64,000 nt of DNA, from assembly GCF_009914755.1 (NCBI RefSeq), contig NC_060928.1; one strand, 5' to 3'. The stretch is from the human T2T-CHM13v2.0 reference genome, Homo sapiens. Of the stretch, positions 12,740-28,429 are shown piece after piece (position 1 is the first letter of the stretch; every line of letters starts with the position of its first letter). Position numbers and translations under genes: made by a program. The notes under the pieces are model-generated. The model ran no database searches. It saw only the letters and a program-made list of their open reading frames with translations, and was not told the origin of the DNA.

Positions 12740-14266
12740 TATAAGAATTGTTTCTATGGTATTTAATGAGATTTGGGGCTAGGAAAGCAATTTGATTTAA
12801 ATGAAAGATTGAAATTTCAGGAAGTATATATTGAAATAGAAGTACTATACCAGATAATGTTTCTGTCCATCTATCTATTTTTTGACACATTCATACAGCT
12901 TTAAGACAATACAGAGAAGGTAGAAACTAGGATGGGGAAGATTTCTGGTTAAAAACTTCACACTTGAAGTCATGATACTTAAATGCATTTTAAACACGCG
13001 AGTGACTTAAAATTTGCACGAGAACTGGAATTTGGATATAGTATGATTTTCAGTTTGTTCTTATCTCTGGTAGAAGTTCTTATCTTGTGGGGACAGGAAT
13101 TCCACAGAGGAAGGTGATGCGGATAGGAAATGGGATACTACTCTGTCTCAGGAAGCAGAAGGCAGAGGGGGGAGTCCTCTGTCTTAAGTACATTTTGGGT
13201 CTAATTTGCACAATCTGGTGATAGAATCACTCGAGTTCCATGTATCCCTGCTGCTGTCTTGGACATCAAAGCTGGCATTAGTGCCAGGTATCGTGTTTAT
13301 TGATATTTAAGCCAGAGTGGACAGTTGCTACCCAGTGGTGCCGTACCAAAGTCAGGAGCTAGAAGCCAGACTCCAAGAATTCCCAGCCAGCTAGCTTTAC
13401 TGGCAACTCTGTCGTTTCATTAACTTTGCAGTAATGGAAGTTCCTGGTTTGTGCAGTTCAACAACGGTGGTTTTGGACTGTATCTACTTGTAATGATGAA
13501 GTTTTATTGCACTAGATGGATAAAATATACTAGGTTAATGTTACTCCTTTTTTCAAAAAACAGTCTCAGTTTCTTTTTCAAAAATAAAAAGTACTAGCTC
13601 TGGCCATTGACTATTTATGTTTGTTCCTACAGTCCTGAAATGTGAATTTGATGTTATGCTGCATATTTAGAAACTAGAGTAGAACTCTGCAAACTATGAA
13701 GCAACTTTAAGGGTTAAAGAGAGGAAATCCCAAATTCCTAAAATGCACAAGTATGTATAAAAATCTCAATTAGAAAGCTTTATATACCATAAAACAATAG
13801 ATAGTTTTTGGAAGATATATACTAAAAGCAAATGAAGGACATTCAATCACTCTCTTAGTAATTTTATTTCCGTAGGCGATGTTGTGTAGTAATACTGAAT
13901 TGCTGGTTCTTATGCTTAATACTGAGCAAGGAACTTTAAGTTTAAAGTCAAGCTAAAGTAAAAATTATTAAGATTATCTTAAGAACTTGTTAAATGTGTT
14001 TAAATTTTTTATGAACTGGAAGTTTTAGTTAGTTTTTTTCCCTTTAGCTGTTGCATTAGCAGCCATAGACCAAGTGACAACATCGTTGTTTTTAATAAAA
14101 CGGATTAATAAAAATGTAAGAGGATTAAGCATTTCAGGTTCTGGCTTCTATGCTTAATATGAGAGTATTGGTTTGAAGCCAGTGTGCCATACATGCTAAT
14201 TGATTGCTACTTTGCTTGAAGTAATGTAGAAGATTATCTCCTGTAAGATTGTTCATCTAGGGCGGT

Positions 14267-14482
14267 TATTCCCAACCAGGAGCAATTTTGCCTCCAGGGG
14301 ACATAAAGCAATGTCTGGAGACATTTTTGATTGTCACATTTGGGGGTGGAGTGTGTTGATACTGGCATCTAGGGAGTAGAGGCTGGAGATGTGGCTAAAT
14401 AACCCACAATGCAAAGGAAAGCCCTCCACGACAAAGAAATATCTTGTCCAAAATTACAGTAGGGCTGAGGTTGAGACCTCTT
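14267..14482. mobile_element. MER20 hAT-Charlie MITE
   Basis: caattttgcctccaggggaca...gcaatgtctggagacatttttgattgtcac...actggcatctag...gctgaggttgaga. Confidence 0.85.
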
Positions 14483-14821
14483 TGTTCTAGGAATATTTCC
14501 AGTTTGGTTTCTTCTTTATCTCCTTTTCCTTTCCTTCCTTTCCTTTCTTTCTTTTTCCCTTCCTCTTAGTTAAATAGGTATGTGTCACTTGGTATGGAGA
14601 TGAGTAAGCGTCTCTCTGTTTTACGCTAAATGTAAGCTTTTCAGAGTGATTTCTCAGGGTGTGGTTTTGTACAGAGTGGAAAGGGAGTCGAAAGCCATGC
14701 ATTGTAACTGTATAACCTTGGGCATGTCACTTATGCTTTCAATTCTTTGTTTCTAAAAATCAGAATTAAATGAGATCTAAGATTTCTTTTAGAGCAACAA
14801 ATTCAAACTAACTTGGTGAAA

Positions 14822-15190
14822 TCATTGACTCAACCGGACTTGAGCACCCATTTTGTCAAACAATGTGCTCTAAGATTCATATGATACAGAAGACATAGTT
14901 CCTGATGTCTAAACGCCTGAATCTAGTTGGGGAGACGGCAGGCATGTAAACAGAAATAACCATACACTGTTATAATAGTTCTAATGAAAGTTCTACAGTA
15001 GAACAGGGTAGGAAAGCCACTCTCTATAGGAGAGTTGGGTAAGTCCTCTGAGAGAGGATGGAATTTGAATTGGCTATTGAAGGAGAGTAGGGATTTGCCA
15101 GGAGAAAAGGAGGAAGAGCATTTCAGGCAAAAGGAACAGCAAAAGCTAAAGCTTAGAATTACAAAAAGCCCTGGGATGTTCTGGAATGTT
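14822..15190 (-). mobile_element. L2 3' fragment
   Basis: ttgagcacc...gacatagttcctg...tctagttggggagac...gcatttcaggcaaaaggaacagcaaaagctaaagc. Confidence 0.75.
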
Positions 15191-15913
15191 GAAAGCTTCT
15201 GTCTGTCTCGAACATGCAGATCACTGAATAAAAATATTCTTTTTGTATTGCTTTAACATATCAAAAATTTCCAAAACAATCTAAAACCAGGAAAAATAAA
15301 TATTCCCATCTAGCCATTGCTCTTGGACTTTAGCTGTTCACTGCTCTAGAGTGTGTGCATCACAAGCACACACAGCCTCATTTACAGTCCCAAGATTCCT
15401 TCGGACTTCATTCTCCTACTTTGCTTGTCTTAACTTGCGCCTCATTGTTTATACTGGGACTTGTGATGCAGACAAGTTCAAGTACAACAAATCCAATTTT
15501 TTAAAAAGTGTCTGATTTTTTTTCCTCATCAAATTCTCTTGAAGTACTTTTGAATTTTAATAGCCCCCTTGGGGCAGTGGATTTGGGTAATTAAAAATGC
15601 TGATTTAATTCACAAACTCAGGAGAAGCAAGTGTCGGACCATCCCATTGAGCCCTTCTACACCACGTGGAGAAGTTGACGGCAGAAATAGTGCCAAGACT
15701 TCTGGCCTGGCACAATCTGATGACAGGCAGCACTAATTTTTGGCTTCGGGCAATCAAATGCTGCTCAGCATTGTTTAACAAGGGGTTCTTAGTGTGAACT
15801 AAGCCACCAACACGATTTTCTTTGGTAGCCGTGAAAGTCAGCTTAGAGAATGTCACAAAAGGAAACTGTGTATTCTGAGGGAAACTCATCTTTCTATTGT
15901 TTAAAGAAGTAGA

Positions 15914-16196
<283 letters not shown>

Positions 16197-17093
16197 TCAG
16201 CAAATCTGACTTTTCTCAGGAGAAGGGAGTTTAAGTGGAATAGCTCTGTTGGTTTCCTTTAGAAATATCCAGATATAAAAAGAAGTTTTGTAGTAGATAT
16301 CACTGTGACTTAAAGAAAGTTCAGGAAATCTGACTTCTATTTCTAGCCTAGCAGATAACTTTTTGTGACACATTATTCCTTGATGTCTGAGATTCTTTCT
16401 AGAAATCAATCTAATAATACCTGCTGTTCGTTGCTCAGGACTTCTGAAGTAATGTCTGCAGACTATGTGAGAAGAAAAAGGTTCTATCACACAAAGTATT
16501 TTTCCACTCTTGATATCAGCTCATTCCTTGTTTATATGATTAAGTTTGAAGTAGTCTGACATTTGGCAAACTCTTTTTTTTTCCCACCAGAAACTAAAAT
16601 TCATGATTAACTCACTGCTCGCTATGAATTTGTCACAACTTCACTTAACCTAATAAATATCCCAGAAAGAGCAGACTTGGCTGGAGTTGAATCAGTACAG
16701 CTTTACTGATTTGGCCACTAAGTTAAGCCCATACTTTTTAATCTGGATTGAGCTAAGGGGGAATGTTCAGAAATCAAGGTCTGGGTGCATTCTCCCAGAA
16801 ATCACTGGAGCTCAGCTGGCTTTATTAGCCTGGTGAGAGGAGGGGGAGGTATAAATAAATGCATAGCAGACACCACTTTTTCCTCTGGTATGTGTATAGA
16901 CCTTTGGCGGTAGTAGTAGAGGGGTTATAATAAACAATTAATGGATGATCAATCTTAAGTATGATATAGGAGAATTTAAAGTATTCTGAGTTCTTAAAGA
17001 CTATTCACTATATAATATGTGATAACTTATATTCTTTTATTCTGTTAGATTTTGCTTTCTAAATGAATAATCATATACTGCATGTTTTAGAGC

Positions 17094-17252
17094 AGGGATA
17101 GCTAAAATTTTACTGAAACACAGTAAAATTTACTGTGCTTTTGTGCCACAAAGGCAGAGTGAAGTACCTCCAACAGAGGATTTATGGTCCACAAAGACTA
17201 CAATAAAATATGTACTATCTGGCTCTTTACAGAGAAAGTTTACTGACTCCTG
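17094..17252. mobile_element. MER58A-like MITE, internally deleted
   Basis: tatggtccacaaag...tactatctggctctttacagagaaagtttactgactcctg terminus; caggga start. Confidence 0.75.
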
Positions 17253-17559
17253 CATTAACTAAACACCTTTTAAAACAAAAATGAATTTCTGCAATTGAGA
17301 TCAGTTCTCTCAGGGTCATTATTCACCTAGACAAATGAAATTCTTCTTTTGAAAAAGTGATAACAAATACGTTTTTCTCATCATATTTGCTTTATAATAC
17401 TTGAGAAATTCTTTTAAAATGCAATTGTTTAGATAATGTCAAAAGAAACACTTCTTGTAATTTATAAGCACTCCAGAAAAAAACATATGCATATATGTAG
17501 TATAGTGACTGTAAAGTGATCTTGAATAGTATGTTATTGGTTGTGTTAGGGAAATGAAT

Positions 17560-17690
17560 AAATAACAATAACAATAGCAAATGCTTCTAAAGTGCTCCTT
17601 GGGTGTCAAGCACTGTTCTAAGTAATTTTACATTTCTTTTTTCAGCAACCATTTAAAGTAGGATAATTGTTACCTCTCTTTCATAGATTA
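17560..17690 (-). mobile_element. MIR fragment
   Basis: aataacaatagcaaa...gtgtcaagcactgttctaagt...aagtaggataattgttacc. Confidence 0.65.
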
Positions 17691-18053
17691 TGTGTTTTGT
17701 TGTTGTAAATAAAGTTGAAGAATAGGTAAGAAAAACAACTTATAAAATATCATTTGTAATTTATTTCATAGGTTTATGGACACAACAATAATTATATTTA
17801 TTGAGATCATAAAGCCAAGGCATTCGACTATATTCCATAATTAAAGCATTAAAAATGATAGAGAATAGTTTTAATAGCATAGGAGAGTTATCTTGAATAG
17901 GAATTTGATAGTTTTCAGTTCTGAGCTTAATTTAATTTTCTCAAGCTTCTTCTATGCCTAATTTAACTTTATACAGTTAGGTTTCTTTTGGGTTTACTTT
18001 TCTCATCCTTTAAAGTTAAAAACATTCAGCTGTGATTAGAAATTGCAGTGATT

Positions 18054-18463
<410 letters not shown>

Positions 18464-20500
18464 TTAGCAGGTGGCTTGATAATTGATAAGCAGATGTATG
18501 GCATTTAGTAGTAAAGTAGAAGCTATGCTAAGTTGATTAGCAAGGAGGTCAGGCGAGTGACTCAGAATTTGGTTGTGAGTAGAAGCCCTAGTGGGGACTT
18601 TCCTTTGCTGGAAAGCCAGGTGATGGTTGGACAAGTAGGTGATAAGCAGATGTTTGCAGTTCCGTATGTCACACCACTTCTTCGCCTACTCTGGAATTTG
18701 TCTTGAGAAAGCACAAAGGATACAATAAAAAGAGGTGAGAAGCAAAGGTAAGAAACACCACCAGAGACATTCAAAATCAGAAGGTCTCCTAGTTAGGCAG
18801 TCCACACTTACGAGATTCACCCTATTCTGCTTTTATGAACCCAAGCACTGCTGTTTCAGCTATTTGACATGTATTATATGCTTTTAACTCTGAAAACGCT
18901 GTGTGACTTGTTCCACATAGCACCATCTCTTCCAGGTTGTTTCTTTATACTGAGCGTTTCTCAGTTGATTAAAAAATGTTGTGTGAACAGGAAGTATTTC
19001 TAATAGAAAGTATTCCTCATTCCTGATTAATACCATTTTTGCAAAGTTCTACCACTGTAACTGTTTACATCAAGGCAAAAGGCAGGCTAGTGAATAAGGA
19101 TGACTTATAAATCCTTCAGACTGGGAATGCCTATCAGCATCTGCAGTAACTGTGCGTAACTGAGGATGGAGCTCAGTCATGGGGCTAGAAATGAAGACAG
19201 AATGGGAAGTTAGTACTGCTTTTAACTGGACGTTCTGATATTTAAGCTTCAGATTTTCTTCTTTTTTTTTTAGAGTTTGTTTGTAATCTGTTGTTATTGA
19301 AGAGATTTGGAATTTCTTGTCAGAAAAGTGTTTAAAACATCACTTAAAGTCAGTTGCATTCCTTGTTTGCTTGACTCTGCAAAAAAGGCCTTCTATTTTA
19401 TATGCATTGATTTGACCATTTAAACTTCCTCCGAGACAATAAACTTGCTGAACTGTGGAATAAATTGTGATATTGAATTGTTCAATGTATGGAAAAGAGC
19501 TGTTAAAGCTGCAGTGTAAATTCCAGTTGGATATAATACCACTCTCATCAACTATACATAAGACACTTATGTTACCGGGGTACATTTACAGCTTCCGATT
19601 AGAAAGTTAAAACATCTTTAAGTATATGAACTTTCTCAAAATATTCTTGCATGAGACATCACAATTTTATACTGTACTATATGTGCAAAACCAATACTCT
19701 AGCCTATCACATGTATTTTTCAAGCCTACTTTGTTTGCTGCTGGTGGTGTTGATTGCAGTAATGGGTACTTAAAGCATCAAGTTATCTCTGCCTCATTCT
19801 GCATAATTGTTCAGTGGATTCACTTCCCTGTCAGATCAATCTCCCCCCATACACTCCCTGAGATGTTATCTGGGTACATAGAGCCCAGTGTTGTCCTGTG
19901 ACATCATGGTCTTGTGGGGAGAGGACGCCTCAGATCTGAGTGTTGTTCCCCAGGTTCTCTCTGGCCTCCCCTGGGAGGCAATGATTCCGGTGTTGTGCCC
20001 GTACAGTTCACTATGGAAATCAGGGATGATGGGTGTGTGTCTCAGCTGAGGCAGACTGCACAGACCGTCATCATCATGGCGCATCTCGAGGTCTGCAGTC
20101 CATTCCATCCTGGCAGCCTGTCCATCAGCTATTAATTTCAGAACCACTTTGACTCTGTTGCAGTGACCATCCTTGGAAATTTTATCCAGCCATATCAGGT
20201 ACCTTCTGCCTCTTGCACAGGACTTAGAGAAGTATCCCAAATGTCATCTTTGCCCATGGGAATTGAGGAGGGCCTGGGAGTGCTAGCGTGGATGGCTTCT
20301 TACCTAGAATAGCAGCCCTGTCTTTTTATTCTGACAGGACCACACCACCTCAGAGCAGGTCCGCTCCACAGACACTTCCCTCCCAGATTTTCAAGCACTC
20401 TCCACTTCTGCTTTTCTTCCAGTATGTCCGAGCAGCTCCCCTCCACTGCAACCTTCACCATTTCAACACTTGATGTGGGAGCTGGGACACATTTGAATGA

Positions 20501-21003
<503 letters not shown>

Positions 21004-21659
21004 TGATGTTTTTAAATATTAATCTCTTGCCTTTCATATGTGACTTAAACTGACTACATTTATCCTGACAACTAGAAGTTGGAAGATGAGGCCTCTGTGT
21101 CAAGTGGTGATAAAATACCTTGTAAAGATGGCAGAAAGTGGTGTTTACAAATCAGACACAAGACCTGACATCCCCCTTTAGGGAAGTGTCCCAGTGTGCT
21201 GATGGCACTGAGGAAGAGATTCACTTAAAGAGAAAAGGGCAGAGGTAAAGGAACAGATTTTCTTCTTATTCTGTACCACGTTCTTTCTTTAACACCTGGG
21301 TTGATTTGATTCCAACAGACTCCCTGGATCACCTGTAACCCATCTCCTGGTGGCCTTTGTGGCTCCTTAGTGGCTCCAGGAAACTGATACATTTTAACAT
21401 GTTTGTCACAATGGCCGTAGGATTCCATAATAAAAAGATAACTGTACTATTTCTTACTGATTAAAAACACCTGTAAGCCAATCATAGAAATTGGAGTAAA
21501 AATATTAAGATTAATTAACCTGAACCAAAGATCTGTGTTTTCTTTGTTATAGAATACTGCTGGGGAGAGTCAGTATTTTGGGGTTTGTTATTTTGTTACA
21601 GCGAATACTGAGATTATAAAGGGAATTTCTGTAATCAGAGTAGCAGATAATATTTCCCA

Positions 21660-21840
21660 AGTGCCTTAACTGTTTCTAGGCACTTTATATAAAATGTTTT
21701 TAAAATAATAATAATATGCAGTAGTTACTCTCATTTTGCACATAAGGAGATGGAAAATCAGAAAGGCTAAGTCACAAAACTAAAAGGCAGTGGAGTTGGG
21801 ATTAAAATTTAGACTTGTTTAAGATCAGCATCCATGTCTT
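21660..21840 (-). mobile_element. MIR
   Basis: ctaggcacttta...cattttgcacataaggagatggaaaatcagaaaggctaag...gcagtggagttgggatt. Confidence 0.7.
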
Positions 21841-22768
21841 TTCAAGTTAATAAGCCTCAGTAAATAAATCATGCTAGAAATACCTCTGTGACAGAAAACC
21901 TTGTGGGAAATAAATAATGCTTAATGCTTAGTTACCTTAGGAACACACTTGGGAAGTTATGCTGAAAGAGTCAGTATTACCTGTCTGGCATCTGTCTCTT
22001 TTGCTCTAGCAGTATTTAAATTTAATGTAGTACTAATTTAATGCACATGATCTATGCTTAACCTTTTTAGACCTTAGTATTATAAAACTCAGATGGAGGA
22101 AAACAAATAAAAATAAAAAACATACAGCTTAGCGAATTACAAGCTGAATACCCATGTAACTACCACCCAAGTCAAGAAATAGAACATTTCCGCTGGCTGC
22201 AAAAGCTATCCATGTGCCCTTCATGATCACAGGCCTTTTCCATTCTTCAAATGTAACTGCAATCTTGATTTTTATAATAACCACTTTTCTTTATGGATGT
22301 ATCAGCTAAAAGTGCATTCCTACACACTATAGTTTAGTCTGGCCCATTTTAGAAATCTGATGTCTTTTAAGTCTTTTAATCTACAGGTTCTTCTTCAATC
22401 TCTTTCTTTTCCTTATAATCTATCTGAGGGAGAATTTGTACTTGTACCCTTTAACTAGTATAATTTACCTTAATCTAGGTGTTACTGACTTGGATACTTA
22501 TAATGCATTCAACCTGTTCCTCTTTTATATTTCCAGCAATTGGCAGTTGGATACAGAGATGTAATCAGAGTTGAGTTAATCTCTTGAGTGGTGGTGTGTT
22601 CTTTTATCAGGACACACATAATGTCTGGTTTTAACTTTTTATTTTTCATGTCAGCAGCTGTTGATTCTTAATGGTTAGAAAGATCGTTGATTCCTTGAGA
22701 GTTGAAAAATGATGATACTCTATCATTCTTTTTAATTTATATAATTTTAAATATTTGATGTGTTCTAG

Positions 22769-23118
<350 letters not shown>

Positions 23119-23270
23119 TATTTATATTTTTTAATTGTATTTGTTTGTATAATTTGATTGTATTTGTTTGTATAGTTATAATGCCCAGAGCAACTACAGT
23201 ATACATATGTAACTGTATACACAGTCTACTGGTATCGGCGTTTTACAACACTGAATGAAATGTAGAGATC

Positions 23271-23603
<333 letters not shown>

Positions 23604-26600
23604 TTAGGTCTCTTTATTGTCCCTACTTTTAAATATCATTATCTTGAGTATCAGAGATGGTGTTATAATTTTTGTTGCAATTATCCAATATGATTTATAA
23701 AACTCAGGAAAAGAATAGACTATTATGTAACCCCAAATTTCTGCTACTTCTGTTCCTCTTTCTTCCTTATTCATGCTCCAAGATCCCTTCATTTATCATT
23801 TATTACTGTTTCTTAGTCTATTCTGGAAGAACTAGGACACATCTATTTATTTTTAACAATAAAAAAACCTGATGTGTTTGTTCAAATATGTCCAATTCCA
23901 ATTTTGGATGACTGGGTTTTTAGTTATTCTCTTTATTTCACTTTGGCTCTCAAGGACACAGGGGACATTAGAATTAGAATATTCCATAATTATTCTATCC
24001 CACATTTCACATACACATTCTCAGAATAACTATGCTAGTACTATTACTACCAATTCTGATTACTGAAAACAACAAAACAAAATGACTTTGTATATGCTAC
24101 ATCTATTACCTACTACTTTTTAATTGTCAGAGCTTATAGCTGTCACATACAATATTTTCTTCTCTCTAACCCTCATTTATTTTTGTTCTGCAAGTGATTT
24201 TTTTATTTAATGCTCTGCACAGTTTCTTCTGTTGATCTTCCTGTTGTCATTTTGATGTTTTTTATGCAATTTATTTTAATTTTTTGAAATTTGTTCTCCA
24301 GTAGATTTCTTAAGAAGGACTAATAGCAACCACATTTTGGATCTACTTAATGTTATGAGCAGTTTTTGTCCTTTATATTGAAGGGTGTTTTACTTGGTAT
24401 AAAATCTTTGACTCACATTTTTATTTTTCTGGGCATCTTAATTATACTTTCTGGTTTATTCCCTTCCCCACCCCCCCCCAAAAAAAAGCATTGCTCTCAA
24501 AGAAAATTATTTCTTTTTTCTTTTATATGTCATATGCTCCTTTTATCTAGATACCCATAGGATTATTTTTTCTTTCTTTAAAGAATTTTCATTTAAATTT
24601 AAAGAAAATTTAAATTTTATTTTAAAAAATTTCAGCATTTCCTAGATTATGTATTAACGTTGGCATTACGGGTTGATACTTTCTGGTACACCATGTGCTC
24701 TTTGGATACACAGTTTGATATGTACTTTAGAAAAAAGCTTTTTGAATTATAGTTTTAGTGTTTGTTTGGTTCCCTTCAGGGCCTAGATAATAGAGTGGAT
24801 GTGTTTTTCTTTAATTATTTTGAAAGTACCATCCCATTGTTTTTTAGTGTCTTATGTAAAACTTCAGAAGCCATTCTGAGTCATGTTTTATTGTAGGTTT
24901 CTCTTTTATTTCTGATTATTTTTGGTGAGCCTTCATGATCTTGATTTTATTCCCAGTGTTCTGCAGTTTCTCAAACAGGTGCCTTAGTGCAGGTCTTCAT
25001 TCTTTCAATGGATAGGCACTAGGTGAACCATTTTTATCTAGACAGTCTGGTGCTTCCGCCTGAGGAATTTTCTTCCATTATTTCTTTGAAATTTTCTCTT
25101 CCTTTCCTTAATTTTCTAATTTTACAACTCATTAGTTGAATACTTGGTCTTCTGGATGAATTTTCTAATTATTTTTATCTTTATTTGTCTACTTTCCATC
25201 TTGACACCTTTTTTAAAAGTGTAATCACCCTTTTTAAGTATACAGTTTTATATGTTGACAAATTACAGTCATTTAACTGCCACACAGTCATTGCAAAAAT
25301 TCCCTGTGCTTATTTGCAGCCAGTCCCTTTCCCTACCTTTGGCTCCTGCCAACCACTTTCTGGAACTTTCTGTTCCTAGAATTTCTCCTTAAAATCTTTT
25401 TTTTTTTTTTTGTACTCCTTTCTGTAGGTTTCCTCAACCTGTATATAATATTTTTAAACTACCCTTCTAATAAGTATTTTACTTTAAGTTACATTTAAAC
25501 CTTTTTAAACATCTATTCTTGCTTCATGGTTGCAATGTCATTGTATCTCTTTGTGAATATTAATTATGATTTCCTGGAAGATTGTTTTCGTGTTTCCTCA
25601 GAATTCTTTTTCTCTCTTTGTTTTGCTTTTTTTTTTAAAGTTGAATATGTTTCTCAGCTATCTGATGGTTCTTAATGATGTAATGATATTAAGTTTGAAG
25701 TGCAGAAAATCTGATCAGAAGCTCTATGTGCATGGATGGATCTTGCAAACTTTGAGGCTTCATTGTAGAGTGATTGAATAACTAGCTGGTCATTGATTGG
25801 TGACCCTCAAGTTATCTGTAAATGTTTTTCTTGGTGTGGTTTTCTACTTTCAGAGAAATAGCCACCAATGTCCTTCTTGATTATATAAGCTGCCAATCTT
25901 CTTGATATGGGGCAGGAAAAGGGGGCTTTGAATCTTACTAATGACTATGCAGAATACCACTTAACCCTCTTGTTGTGACTCTTATGCCTCATGCAGGTTT
26001 ATTATATACTTAGTGTTCCTATATCTTGCATCTGACTAGTGCATTTCCTCTGATATCTGTAAAACTTCTTTATTCTATGTAGCTTAATAGATCTGAATAG
26101 GGTAAAATCTGGGCATACAGACATTTTTTTCAACAGATTTTCAAATGACCCACTGTTTTTCACAGCGAGCTTCATCTCAGCCTTCCATTACCCTTGGATC
26201 CTCAAGCTATTGAAGCTTTCTAGAGTTCTACAGGGCAAATTGGTTTGTTTCTTCTTCATTATTACTGTAAGATTCATTCTTCACCTCTGCTGGGCCACTA
26301 ATTCTCTATCTACTTTTTCTTTGAGTCACAGGTATTTTTTAGTTTCATTTAAGATAGTGTCTAGATTTTGGTTTCTTGTTTTATTTATTGCTTAAGGGAA
26401 GTTTTTGAGAGTAGAAAGGTATGGAAATGTCTTCACATCAATCTTGAAATGGGAAGTCTACAGCAGCTATTTGCTTAAATATTCCTATGGACTTCTTGTA
26501 CATAAACTGCAGCCTTTTGTAGCATTCGACACACGTATTTTTCGTGCTGGAATTTTCTTTCCTTTGATTTTCATTACTCTCTTTTAAATCTTGCATTCTC

Positions 26601-28429
26601 TTTTGTCTATTTTTATGGTGCCACTTTTTATCTATTCTACCTCTTATACATGGATACAATTCAGATTTTTATTATTGTCCTTCTTCTGTCTTTTCATCAG
26701 TGATCACTTTTACTATCACATCTAGCATTGACCTAACTAAAATTCCACATATCTATCTTCTTTCTGGACATTTTCATTTATGTTTTTTTTCTGTTTTCAT
26801 GACAGCACAATTTTTCTATGTAATTAGGCTTGACGTTTTGGAATTACCTTTAACTATAATTTATGTATTTAATTGGCAATTAAATCTGTTTGGTTCTTTC
26901 TTCAAAGTTGTATGTGATTACATTCAATGTTTCCATTCCATCACTGCTGCTTGAATCCAATTTGAACTATTTTTTTCTCTTTCTAATAAGAGTTATACAG
27001 TGCACATTCGTATACTAAAGAAATCTACTGAGTGTAAATTTCATAAAACTGATGTAAGGAAGTTGGAATTTCTAAGAACTTAAAAATACATACGTGTATT
27101 TATATTAAATTCAACACACACACACACTGACACATATATATATTCATTAGGCATAAAATTCATTAAAGAGGTTGGTAATTTTATGGTGGCTGAATTCGTT
27201 ATATGAAAAGGATAAATTTATTTCTTAATTGTTCAAAAAAATGTTTCTCATTAATATGCACATATGCAAAGTAGAAATGGTTCCAAGCAAAATACCATGA
27301 GATTTTTTCCTCCTAGATATTCCTTCCTATGTTATTGTTAGGAAAGATATGATGAGGATATGTGACTTTTTCCTTATACCGTCAATTTTATTAGAGAGCA
27401 GAATGCACATGGCCAACCTTTGTTATTTAATTTCTGGACTGAATATGATATTGGGCAGAGCCAGACTTGCTTTCATTTGATAAGCCTTCACCATTTTGGG
27501 GGCTATTTCTTCCTAGGCTGTTCTACATTCTGCCATTTAGCTGAAAATGCCATACATTTGCTCAACTCTGTCTCTTAGATTGCTTATTTTATTATTTGTA
27601 CAGAATAACTCAGAATTTAACATAATTCTGTTATATCAGAGATTTTATGATCATTTTATATCATTTAGATCTGAGACAGATAGGTTTTCTCCCTCTTCAG
27701 GTCTTCGTAATTGTGTCAAGCTCATATAAAACTTAAAATGGATGCCTTCTTGGTATGTAAGTTTGAAAGACATGATTTGTTTGTTTATGACTCGCGCTAT
27801 TGCCTTTACTTCTGAACACAAAGAACTTACTTAATGGGTCCTTGCTGTGTGATGATGCAGAGATGATTTCTACTCCTTATTTATCAGTTTATAAAAGAGA
27901 GACTTTGAGAAGGGGTAATTTTTCTGATGTCCTACAGAATAAATTGAACTTGTCGTAATGATGAGGCAAGAATCCCATTTTAGGAAAGAGTCTAGAGTTA
28001 AGTGGAAGAGAAGAAATCATTTGAAAGCATAGATAGCATGTACCATGAATGGATGAACCAAAAGTGCAAGCCATTAGAGCATAGTGTAGAATTTATGCAG
28101 AAGGTTAGAGAGAGAGGACAAGCTTGCTGAATGGATGACAAAACTAATATAGTTTGTAATTCATTGTTGCTGAGATTTAGTAATTGATCTAATTTGGCAT
28201 TACTCCTTAACAAATTGTTTAGATATTTAATGCCCAGTGTCAACATAAAAATGTACCTGATTTGAAGTATATTCATTTGAAAAGAAACTTAAAATTAATC
28301 TAAATGTAGGAAATAATTGTCTAAACAAAGCACTCCCACATACAAGGACGAAATCCTATAACCAATAGCTGTTTATTAGTGTTTATTTTTCTAGATTTTA
28401 AAACATAATTACTGCATTTCATAGGCCAC

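Noticed and set aside
13903-14163. ctgg..tatgcttaata..gag repeated ~240 bp apart
   Set aside because: Only 11 exact AT-rich bases; compatible with chance
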